Shown: piece after piece, positions 53,123 to 64,000 of the stretch
Layout: each line of letters begins with the position of its first letter
How positions within the stretch are numbered: the first letter of the stretch is position 1
DNA from: Azolla caroliniana
Taxonomy: Eukaryota; Plantae; Polypodiophyta
DNA length: 64,000 nt
Direction of reading: 5' to 3'
NCBI GenBank assembly: GCA_043228905.1
Contig: JBHGNT010000004.1
Location: 10,106,001 to 10,170,000, forward strand
Translations under genes and position numbers: made by a program
The notes under the pieces: generated by a model
The model's input: the letters and a program-made list of their open reading frames with translations, nothing else
The model's database searches: none
What the model was told of the DNA's origin: nothing

Positions 53123-54644
53123 TACATGAACTTATCCCTCAACTTACTAGACATCCATTCAATCAATTGACCGTTTGTAACATTCATTCCTAATGGATAG
53201 CCCAAGTGTCGAAAAATAGAGCCTTTCTTCACCACGGATCCTTGCCATCCTAAACATTCCAAATCCCTTTCAGTACATGATATGAGACTAGACTTCCTCC
53301 AATTAATATGTAATCCGGAAGCCAGTGCAAATTGGTTCCATACAAACATCCCTTTCTCAAGATTCTCTCGTGAGGCTTGTAGAAACATGAAAGAATCATC
53401 AGCCAAAGCTTGTGCTACTAGTTGTCCTCCAGACGGAAGGTGTAGACCCACAATATCACCATTTGTTGCAAGCCTGGATAACATCACTAACAAGGGATGA
53501 GTAACAATAACAAACAACAATGGACTAATAGGTCATCCTTGACAAACGGATCTTGTGAGGGCAATATCTGATGTAACTCCCCCATTAAGCATTACTCAAG
53601 ACACCACATCTTGTCCTAATAAAAATATGAGGCGAGACATACGAGGTCCAAAGCCCATTGTATGCATTAACCTAGAAACAAAGGACCAATTAACATGATC
53701 ATAAGCTTTCTCCAAATCTAATTGCACCATAATCAATTCTTGATGAGTGTTTCGAGCATAATCCATGGCCATTTGAACATTCAACACATTATGCAATATA
53801 TTCCTACCTGCAATAAAACCATATTGGGTGGGATGTATCAACTTTGGCAAATACTTTTGTAATCTATTTGTCAAGACCTTTGTAAATATCTTATACAACC
53901 CCCCCATCAAAGAAACAGGTCTCCATTGGTGAAATGACTCTAGAGATGTCACCTTTGGAACTAATTTAATTAGACCAACTTTCCAAGCTTGGGGCATACG
54001 ACCAGAATCCCAAGAATGTTGAAGCATCAAAGTTAAGGGCCCCTTAAAAATGTTTGAATATTGCTTTAAAACTTCATTTGTCAAGCCATCCCAACCGGGG
54101 CTCTTACCACTAGGAAGATGCCTTAAAACTTTCTCCACCTCATCCTCAGTGAAATGCGCATCCAATTCATGAGTAATGAGGTCATGCACAATACATCCAA
54201 CCACATCATAAAACTCATGACGTGCTCTACTCACCTCATTTGTCATTAACAATTGTGGGCCAATCAACTCCTTAAAGCAACGAACACATATGTCAATTAT
54301 TGTAGTAGGATCCACTATCCATTCATCCCCTTGCTTCACATGTACCACATTAGATCTAGTATAAGTAGGATGTAACGCTTGGAAAAACAAACGAGATTGA
54401 CATTGATTATCTATGAGCCCATCCCTCAATTGTCGCACCTTCGCATAACGATAACTTTGGCATTGCAATTGACTTTGGATATCCAAAAGCTCCTCATTTA
54501 ATGGTGCATGTATCAATAATGCATTACACCTAGAGAGAACTTGTGAGAATCATCGAAGAAAACCTCTTCTTCGTAGAGCATTAGTTACTCCATACATACG
54601 ATGAATGATCTTGTTGAGAATCAAGCTCAACTTGGTCTAGTGTG

Positions 54645-57600
54645 TGTCGAGACTCGTGGGTAGAAGATAGAGTGAGAGCGAGAGCGAGAGCGAAAGAGAG
54701 AGTGTGTGTGTGCGTGTGCGTGAGAGAGAGAGAGAGAGAGTGAGAGAGATAAGACTTGAAATAGAAATGAGATTATATTATGATGAAACAAGATTACAAT
54801 GAGTAGGCTAAGGGCTAAAGACTGGTGTTGAACCGAATGAGTTGAACCGAATGTATAGACAGTTATTTATAGGTCCTTGTGGAGTAATCTAGAATGTTCT
54901 AGAATATTTTAGATTTTATGATAAGAAATATAATCATGAAATATTAAAGGATGTTCTAGAATAATCTAGAATAATCTAGAATGTTCTAGAATGTTCTAGA
55001 ATATTCTAATATCTTGTAATAACTAGAAACATAATTATTATAATCACACAACATATATGTTATTACAATGGTTAAGGGTTCAACACATAGACCAAGAAGT
55101 CGTGGGTTTGATTCTTGATAACCAAAATGTTGTCTTCATGACATTATCTCCCCCTTTTGACGATGAGTTCCACGAGTCGGAACACAAGAGTTCGGACTTA
55201 GTTTATGGGGATATTTGTCGTGAAATGCAACAACCATGTCGGAGGCATTAGCAAGATGCTCGGCAGGCTCCTATGTTCGATCATTAGGTGTATAACCTAA
55301 CCAATCAACCAAATAATATAGTTTGTTGCGGATGATCTTGGAGTCGAGAATAGCAGCAACCTCATATTCAGAGCCATTGGAAACTTTGATTGGAGGTGGG
55401 GGAGGTGTAAGACGACCCGAAATAGAGCTTGTTGTGTAGGGCTCCAAAAGTGAAACATGGAAGACCGGGTGAAGACGCATATGAGGGAGATCAAGACGAA
55501 ATGTCACATCATTGATCTTACCAGAGATCACATATGGGCCAAAACGTTGATAATCCAATTTGTAACAAGGTCGAGTGGTTTTAATGCTACCTTGTAAGAG
55601 CCATACACGATCTCCTACTTGAAACATAGTCGATGAATCACGCCGATGACGATCAACAATCTTCTTTTGAGTGTTTTGGGCACCACATAAATGATGCAAA
55701 AGTATATCTTGAATTTCTTGGAGTCGAGTGAGCCAATCTTCAGCAGCCGGGTTTTTTGGGAGTTCGGGATGTTCAAGCATCGTCCAACGAGGATGGTACC
55801 TAATGTTAGCAAAAAATGGGGAATAGCCAGTAGAAGAATGTTTAGAGTTGTAAGCAAATTCCGCAAAATGTAATAAATCCACCCAATCATCTTGTTGATA
55901 GTTGACAAAACAACGTAGATATTGTTCGACTGTTTGGTTGGTGCGCTCACTCTGCCCATTAGTCTCTGGATGGTAGCCGGAAGAGAGTTTACAAGAAGTA
56001 TGTAAGAGTTTGAACATGTGCCGCCAAAATTTCGAGATGAATTGGGGACCCCGATCACTGATAATATCATCCGGAAGACCATGATGGCGAAACACCTCCC
56101 GCATGAGTAAATCGGCTGTCTCTTGACTAGTAATGGTCTTCGTGCATGGAAGGAAATGCGCCATCTTCGTAAAACGATCGACTACCGTGAGAATAGAATC
56201 AAATCCCTTGGAAGGTAGAAGATCCGTAATAAAGTCCAAGGAAATAGATTTCCATGGGCTCTCCGGAATAGGCATTGGCTGTAATAGGCCATATGGATGA
56301 TGTCGAGGCTTTTTTGATCGGCAACATGTATCACAACTACGAACATAATCCGTAACAAAATGGCGAAACCGTGGCCACCAATATCGGCGAGAAATCAACT
56401 CAAAAGTCTTGTGGATGCCGAAATGTCCAGCCATTGGCGTGTCATGACATTGTTGCACGACTTTGAGTCGAGAAGGACCGTCAGGCACATACAAGAGAGT
56501 TTGTCGAAAAAGCAAACCATCATGCCAATTGAACTGGGTGTAGTCTAGACGAGGATTTTTAGATTGAGAGCTGGAAGCACGATCTGGGATAATATGACTC
56601 AAAACCTCTTGGGCGAATGCATCTGTCGCAATCTGCTCCCGAATGGAATCAAGAAGCCTCGAATCTCCTGGTGTGTTGATAGTATGTATTGCCATTACTC
56701 GTAGACGATCAGGACCTAAGAGGATTTTCTTTTGACTTTCAAATGCGGCCTCTCCTGGTTGAAGTTCCATATACAAACGTCGAGATAAAGCATCTGCTTT
56801 TCCTTGTTGCATCCCAGGGCGATATAGAATTACAAAATCAAAACGAGTTAAGAACTGCGCCCAACGAGCTTGTTGACGATTCAAGACTCGAGCACTTTGG
56901 AAGTATGTTAGATTTTTGTGATCATTGAAGACAATAATCTGTTGAGAAGAACCCTCCAAAAAATGACGCCATTGTTGAAAAGAATCCACAATGGCAAGAA
57001 GCTCTTTGTCGTGAATCTCATAGTTGATTTCTGCAGCTTCAAATTTCCGTGAGTGAAAAGCCACAGGGTGCAGTTCACCATCTTCACCAATCTGGGATAG
57101 TACGCTTCCAAGTGCGAAATCAGATGCATCAGCTTCAAGTATAAAGCGCCTCATTGGATCAACATGCATTAAAATTGGTGCAGATGTAAACGCTTGCTTT
57201 AAACCCTCAAATGCAGAGTTCGCATCTATACCCCATACAAATGGTTGATTCTTGCGCGTTAGTTGAGTGAGGGGCAATACAATCTTTGAATAATCTTTGA
57301 TGAACTTGCGATAAAAGTTTGCGAACCCCAAAAAACATTGTACATCTAGCACAGACTGTGGTGTTTGCCAATCCAAAATTGTTTGAACCTTTGATGGATC
57401 CATAGAGATGCCATTTGAAGAGATTATGTACCCCAAAAATTCCACTTGACACTGGTCGAAACTACACTTCTCCAATTTTGCATAGAGACCATACTCTCGT
57501 AACCGCTGCAAAACTTGGCGAACATGTATCTCATGCTCCTCTTGAGTTTTTGAGTAGATCAAGATATCATCCAAGTAAACTATGATGAAGATATCGAGGA

Positions 57601-58806
57601 AGTCTCGAAAAATGTCATTCGCCATATGTTGGAAAACTGTTGGTGCATTCGTGAGACCAAATGGCATCACTGTATATTCAAAATGACCATAGCGAGTGCG
57701 GAATGCGGTCTTCCATTCATCCCCAGGACGAATGCGAACAAGGTTGTAGGCACCTCGAAGATCTAACTTCGTGAAAAACTCTGCTCCACTGAGGCGTTCT
57801 AGAAGGCTTGAGATCAATGGTAGAGCATATCGGTTTCTAATAGTTACTTTATTCAAGCCCCGATAATCCACGACCATACGAAGCGTACCATCTTTCTTCT
57901 TAACGAAAAAGATGGGTGCACCAGCAGGACATCTTGAATGTTGGATAAAACCATTTGCCAGGTTCTCATCTATATATTCTCAAAGAACCTCTAACTCCGT
58001 GGGCAAAAGGTTATAAATTGGTCCCCATGGAGGCTCTTTTCCTGGCTGCAAATCAATTGGGCAATCATAGGGTCGATGCTCTGGTAATCTTGACAGTTTG
58101 AACCGAATATTTCTATTTCCTTTTCCAATAACCCTAGCAAGCTTTCTTCTTTTCCCTTCTTTCTTTTTCTCCCTCGGTTATGGAATCCATCAACAAGCAA
58201 GAGTATATGCGTGTCCTTTCTGAGCTCGACATGCTCACAACTAAGTTTGTGGCATTAGAGCAAGAAAATCATAGGCTACTCGGGGATTTACAACAAGTGA
58301 GTACCGAGAAAGCTCACTTGTATGGGAGAAAGAGTGGATTTAGATGTGGAATGGGAGAAAGAGTGTGGGATTTGTATGGAGAACAATGCCAAAGTTGTCT
58401 TGCCAGATTGCAACCATGTGAGTACCGAGAAAGCTCACTCGAGGATTATATTATGATGAAACAAGATTACAATGAGTAGGCTAAGGGCTAAAGACTGGTG
58501 TTGAACCGAATGAGTTGAAACGAATGTATAGACAATTATTTATAGGTCCTTGTGGAGTAATCTAGAATGTTCTAGAATATTTTAGATTTTATGATAAGAA
58601 ATATAATCATGAAATATTAAAGGATGTTCTAGAATAATCTAGAATAATCTAGAATGTTCTAGAATATTCTAATATCTTGTAATAACTAGAAACATAATTA
58701 TTATAATCACACAACATATATGTTATTACAATGGTTAAGGGTTCAACACATAGACCAAGAAGTCGTGGGTTCGATTCTTGATAACCAAAATGTTGTCTTC
58801 ATGACA
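54645..58806 (-). mobile_element. Element H: rearranged Tcn1-like chromovirus (intact RT-RH-INT-CHD ORF, gag-PR deleted, PBS/gag start inverted, 5' LTR truncated)
   Basis: TSD GTGTG, 3' LTR 54645-55143, partial 5' LTR 58444-58806, 868-aa pol ORF 55271-57877, plus-strand U5 end/PBS/gag start at 58088-58318. Confidence 0.92.
58318..58443 (+). other. Patchwork filler DNA including an 85-bp exact copy of AIRP2-like exon 4
   Basis: 58334-58418 is identical to 40313-40397 by direct comparison. Confidence 0.93.
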
Positions 58807-61752
58807 GTGTGTGAACTCACCTTGAGAGAGAATAGACACTCCAACGGTCAAGAGTCACCATTATGTCACCTCTTTGTATTCTAGCATTTACTATGAGCCA
58901 TAAAATCATATTCTATGACACATAACTTATGAGCTTTCACATTCCCCATGCTCCATGAGTCTTGTCGTTAATGAAGAGAGAGGGTGACTATATAAAGCAC
59001 CCTCCTCCCACCTTGTATGGAGTTGAGTCTTTCTCCTTTGTTAATATACTTACCTTGCGTATACTCTGTGTCTTACTCCTTGTCTCTCTCTCTCTCTCTC
59101 TCATACACACACACACACACAGTTCACACCTATTACGCTACACAAGAATCATACACGATTCTTTACAGATCTTAATGTTTCGTAATGTGATTTCCCATGC
59201 TTTAACTCCTTTAAGATTCACTTCTTGTGAAAAATTTACCAAAATTTGCTTCATGAGAGAATCAAAGTGAGGTTGAAGCAAAAGAGAAGAGTTAAAGCGT
59301 AATGGAGGCTTTACAAGTAAAGACTTATACATGTCAATTGCATTACCACAAACCTCCAAACAAATAGGAAAGTGATCTGAAGTTCCTACATCTTGTAAAA
59401 CTATCATACGAATTGATGTCTGTAAAAAAGAATCATTGTCCATCACATACATTCTATCTAACCGACTCCATGTTTGTCTGTATTGAGGGTATTGGAAAGT
59501 AAAACCTGAATCATTCTCATGCAACCATGTCCAAACATCCAACTTTAGAACCTCCATAGTCAATGAATCCCAAGCAAGTTGCTCAAGATCATCCATGATT
59601 GAATGTTCAGACGTAGATTGAGATGCATCAACACACATGTTAAAATCACCCATAAGTAATCTTGGACGACCCACACATAGGGTTTGACGGAGTGAGCCCC
59701 ATAATGCAATGCGTTGTGTGGCTTGGTTAGGGGCATAAATCCCAACCACCCACACAACCTCGCCAAAAAAAGTGATTTCTACAACCAAAAACCGATCATA
59801 AGGATCATTATGCACCACTTGAGGATAATATTTATCCCACACGATTAATACCACACCTGAATAATGATTATTAAGATGTCCTGCATAGAATGATGAATAT
59901 CCATGCAAATGAACTGTGGATCCTGCTAACTCATGACACTTATGCTCAACTGCACATAATACATCCCATTCTTTATTTAACAAAGTTTGCCATAATATAT
60001 ACTTCTTATGAGGAGAACATGCCCCTCTCACATTCCATGTTACCACTTTCATTCAATCAACAATGTTATGGGCACACTTGCCCATTCAAAGAAACCGATG
60101 TCATGAAACTAGTCAAAGCATGTTCCAATGCTGCATATGGATTTTCATGCACCACATCCTTAGGGCTGTCTATTGAAATCTTTTGTTTAGGTTCTCCCGC
60201 TTGATGAAAACCTTGAGAATTCAATGAGTTTACAACTCATCCCAATGAATCAAACTGAAGGTGAATGGGTAATCCCTTATCCCTAAATTGTCTTTGCAAA
60301 GGAACTTTTCAAGGACCCTCCCTAGTTCCTAAATTACCTTTCCAAGTAGTTTCACGAGTAGTGGGCAAACTATTACGTTGCATATTTATTGCTTTCCCTT
60401 TCGACTTGCCCTTAACATGATGCCAATCCTTTTCAACAACATCACTACTAATTCTATCCAATGGGTTTTTTCCCTTATAAATAACCACCAAACTTTGTTT
60501 TTCCATATCCATAGATTGAGCTCCCTTATTCTTAGGGCCCAAACCTTCAAGTGAAACCTCTTTATAACCCGCTCTAGATGATGTTCCTTCATCCATAACA
60601 ACCACAATATCTTACACACCAACATCTCTCCCAACTTCTTCCTTACCATTCCCTTCATTAGGAACCTCTATAGTTGAAGGACAATGACGATGACATTCCG
60701 CCATAAAGTGACCCCATTCACCACATCCAAAACAATGACCTGCAAATGTCTCCCACTTCAATTTAAAACAAAGTCTTTTCATACCAGGTGTGTTCATACG
60801 CACCCATCCTGGCCTCTTACGACTTGTATCCCATAACACACAAAATCTACACTTATTTGTAGCATTTGCATGTGGAGATACCAACACTTTACCCATTTGA
60901 CTCATCAACTCTAGTAAAAGTGGCCATAAAAAAACATGGTTACAATCCACTGTTAACCAAACGGGGCATTCTTGTTTTAACGAAGCATAGTCCACAACGG
61001 GGGACCATTGCATTACATGCACCAATCATTTATAAAAAAACACACGAACTTCAATCAACAATGCACTTCTATGTTCCGATGAATGAAACACTACATCATA
61101 AAACCCTCGAGGTCTTGCATATATATTTTCAACGCAATTTGGTGACACGATTGTGTTCAACCATTGTTTAATCCAATTAATGTATGGGAGTTTCCCGGTA
61201 AAAAACAATATAACCGCACGATCATAGAATACATCTAAAGATTGCAAAACTGCCTTAGCATCAACTTCCACATCGTGCACATCCTCATCAATGCATTCTT
61301 TTGTTGCATTTTCATTTTCTTCCACAATATCAGACAACAAGGTATTGGCAATTCCCCATAAATTATCCCAATTACAATGATCCTTGTCAACCTCATTTAC
61401 ATGTATTACTTTGGCATATGTCGCTTTTTTCTCATAAATTTCCTCAATACCCTTAAACCTCTTAGAGCTTCCAATGTCTTCCCTTTCACAATTACATTCA
61501 ACCATCACATTACTCTATTTTGGATCAATTGTGTCCATATCGATGTCCCCCACAATTTGAGAGGAATTCATGTTCATATCCATTATTCTTGATGTGATAG
61601 CGATCCGGGATAAAAACAATTTTCCATGAACAAGAAAGATAACCGAAACTCACAAGATTAAAGAGGTTGAAGATGATGAATACAATAGAAGACCCCCACT
61701 GTGTGTTGAGTATGTGGATGCCAACAACACAAGATTCCTTATTTCTATCATT

Positions 61753-61830
<78 letters not shown>

Positions 61831-61834
61831 CCCT

Positions 61835-63284
61835 TGTCCACAATCTTGACTCGGGCGGGCATATCTTGTCTGTGTTTGTGTGTGCGGAATAGAGTTCGGC
61901 CACAACTGAGTCTTACTTACTCAATGGAAGAAAACAGAAAATAGAAATAAGACAGACACAAGATGTTAACATGGAAAGCCCTAATAGGGAAAAACCATGG
62001 GAGCCCACAGACTCCAATTATCTCTATGAGACGAGGATACAATGCGACACTCAGAGACAACGACCCCGAGCTCTATGTCTTTGCCAACTGGCAGTTACAA
62101 CAGAAAAGCTTTATGTATCTCACACGCTCTATCTCTCTCTCTCTCATTGTGTCTATACAACATCTCTCGAGAAGTGATTGCCCTAAGTCATATTTATACT
62201 TATATGAATTTAGGATTATTTACAAATATGGATATGACAGGCACACTAGAAACATATTTACAAATATGTCCCTAGATCCGGTTCACACTGGATACCTTAT
62301 GGTTCCTTCCTTCGGCTAGTTCAATCTGGCTCCTCCAGATCCCATCTAGAGGGACCGAATTCCCAACAAGCACCCCCTTCACTGCGGCATGGGATGTCTT
62401 GTCAATCTGATCTGTCTCCTACACACGTCCAGCTTGTCGAATGACAACACCTTGGTCAGCATGTCCGACCCGTTCTCCTCCGTATGGATCTTCGTCAACA
62501 AGAACTCTTTATCTTCTACTGTCTCCTGGAGCGAGTGATATCTCCTCTGGAAGTGCTTGGTCCGGGAGTGGTAGGCCGCATTCTTTGCGAAGTGGATGGC
62601 ACTTTGAATGTCGCAGTAGAGCAGGAATTCCTCCTTTCGGATTCCTTAGAGGATATCTCCATCCTTGGTTTTCGTCCACCCGTTCCTCCGTCTATTCTTC
62701 ATCCGAATCTGATTCGGGATCTTGTCCGGTTTCGATGCCCGATTCTTCTTAGGTTGGTCCAGTTCTTTGTCTGAATCCGGCCGGTTCATCATGCTCTTTG
62801 GTTGACATCCAGTTTCCGACCGGATGTATCCTTGCATCTTTTGACCGATCTTTGTCGGTCGACCCGAAGTCCATTATCTTCTTCTCCGACTCCCAGTCAG
62901 CAATGTTCTTGTCTTCCATGAAGACTATGTCTCGACTCCGGAAGACCTTCTTGTCAACCAAGTCCCATACCCGGTAGCCGAACTCATCATTGGCATATCC
63001 AAGGAATATGCATGGCCTGGACTTCGGATCCAATTTCTCTCTCTTGTCCTTTGCAACATGCACGTGAGCGAGACAACTGAACACCTTCAAATGTCAGTAA
63101 GACACGTCTTTACCGGTCGATACTCTTTGTGGTGTGTCTCCGTCCAAGGGTGTTGAGGGTGATTTGTTAATCACGTACATTACCGTCATCGATGCCTCAG
63201 CCCAAAACGCCTTGGACAACTTGGCATATGCCATCATGCTCCCGACTCTCTCCATCACAGTCTGGTTCATCCGTTCAGCTCCGG
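61835..63284 (-). mobile_element. Element I: Copia remnant (3' LTR 61835-62368, PPT, RNase H end joined to integrase; RT deleted)
   Basis: LTR similar to E/F LTRs; KLDPKSRPCIFLGY integrase C-term 62749-63090; junction near 62645 skips RT. Confidence 0.8.
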
Positions 63285-64000
63285 TGTCTTCGACACGGTG
63301 TCGGGGTAGTTGTGGTTCGTGCGGCGAAGTCGCAGGGATGAAGGTTAAGGGGAGTTGAAGGAACTTAAATTTTAATAAGGCTTGTATGGTGATGTTAGAA
63401 AGGTTAAGAGTAGCAAGAAGAAGAGTTACGAGTAATGTGTGTGTGAGAGAGAGATGAGAATAGATAGAAGATAGAGACAATATATGATTCAAGACGCAAG
63501 ATAGAGACAAAGTATGATTTAAGACAAAAAAGTATATGATATGAACATGATGTATATTATGAATACAAGATTTTACCAACTTTACAATGTTTGGTAGCAA
63601 GATGAACCCTTTCTCTACCGACCCTTGATTCGAACTCTTGACTCCAACTTGGAAACAGGAGCCTCTTCACCAACAAGCTAACTTGTTTATTTCTTTAATT
63701 ATCTTATTTCTCTAACTTTCTCTTGATTCCTTTGTTTTCCCTTTCCCCTCTTTATATAAGTGTTGCCATGCATATGGTAATGTATGGGAGCATGGCATGC
63801 ATGCAATGCATGAGTTACATGTAATGCATGATCGCCATTTGGCGCACATGCATTGCATGTGATGAATGATGGCTATGTATGAAAATAGATATGGGATAAG
63901 TATAATGATGAAAATGCATTCTAAAATAATTAACCTAGCTTAGTGGTGTATGCTTGGTGCTTGGTATACAAGGTTGAGGGTTCAAGTCCATCAATTTTAC
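63285..64000. mobile_element. Start of an LTR-like insertion into element I (runs off window)
   Basis: Abrupt switch from Copia integrase to TGTC-starting non-coding sequence with TATA-like motif, CATG repeats and two tRNA-like A/B-box modules. Confidence 0.5.

Larger units (their letters stand above)
54612..59142. mobile_element. Putative solo LTR (~370 bp, TG...CA) in LINE ORF2, itself split by element H
   Basis: Non-LINE sequence 54612-54644 and 58807-59142 with TATATAAA and CT/CA microsatellite; no TSD identified. Confidence 0.45.
51396..61753 (-). mobile_element. Full-length L1/Tx1-like LINE, degenerate, flanked on both sides by (CT)n
   Basis: ORF1 ~61508-60309 with CFGCGEWGHFMAEC knuckle; ORF2 from 60052 (MKVVTWNVRG..GDFN..SRLDR..SDH endonuclease), RT (KSPGWDG, WRPVSL, DLEKAYD, LADD), zf-RVT; (CT)n at 51370-51395 and 61754-61830. 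Confidence 0.92.

Noticed and set aside
58180-58479. 99-aa gag-host chimeric ORF
   Set aside because: Captured RING exon is read out of its native frame, and no oriented promoter remains.

Overview
Eukaryotic (plant, most likely non-seed plant such as a fern or lycophyte; inferred from TE lineages) genomic window. 1-29.7 kb is a deeply nested LTR-retrotransposon stack that can be resolved with exact TSDs: a non-chromovirus Gypsy host (A) containing Tcn1-like chromoviruses (B, G, C), Copia elements (F, D, E), a solo LTR and a hAT-like MITE. 29.7-35.2 kb holds a decayed intron-containing DNA-transposase-like gene and LINE fragments. Two intact-looking spliced host genes follow, convergently oriented: an AIRP2-like C3HC4 RING E3 ligase (+, 39246-41067) and a C2-domain protein with a Pro/Tyr/Gly repeat tail (-, 51147-46773). 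A full-length L1/Tx1-like LINE sits in a (CT)n tract at 51.4-61.75 kb and carries further insertions; Copia and LTR-like remnants end the window. Most notable: (i) all four chromovirus LTR families share a modular U3 with an antisense tRNA-like A/B-box module at fixed spacing, heat-shock-element arrays, TATA and a self-priming sequence that covaries with the PBS; (ii) an 85-bp exact copy of the RING gene exon is patched into a rearranged retroelement 18 kb away; (iii) the LINE appears to be (GA)n-associated at its ends; (iv) a conserved -1 frameshift slippery site plus pseudoknot. All coordinates were read by eye, and family names are motif-based, not database-confirmed.
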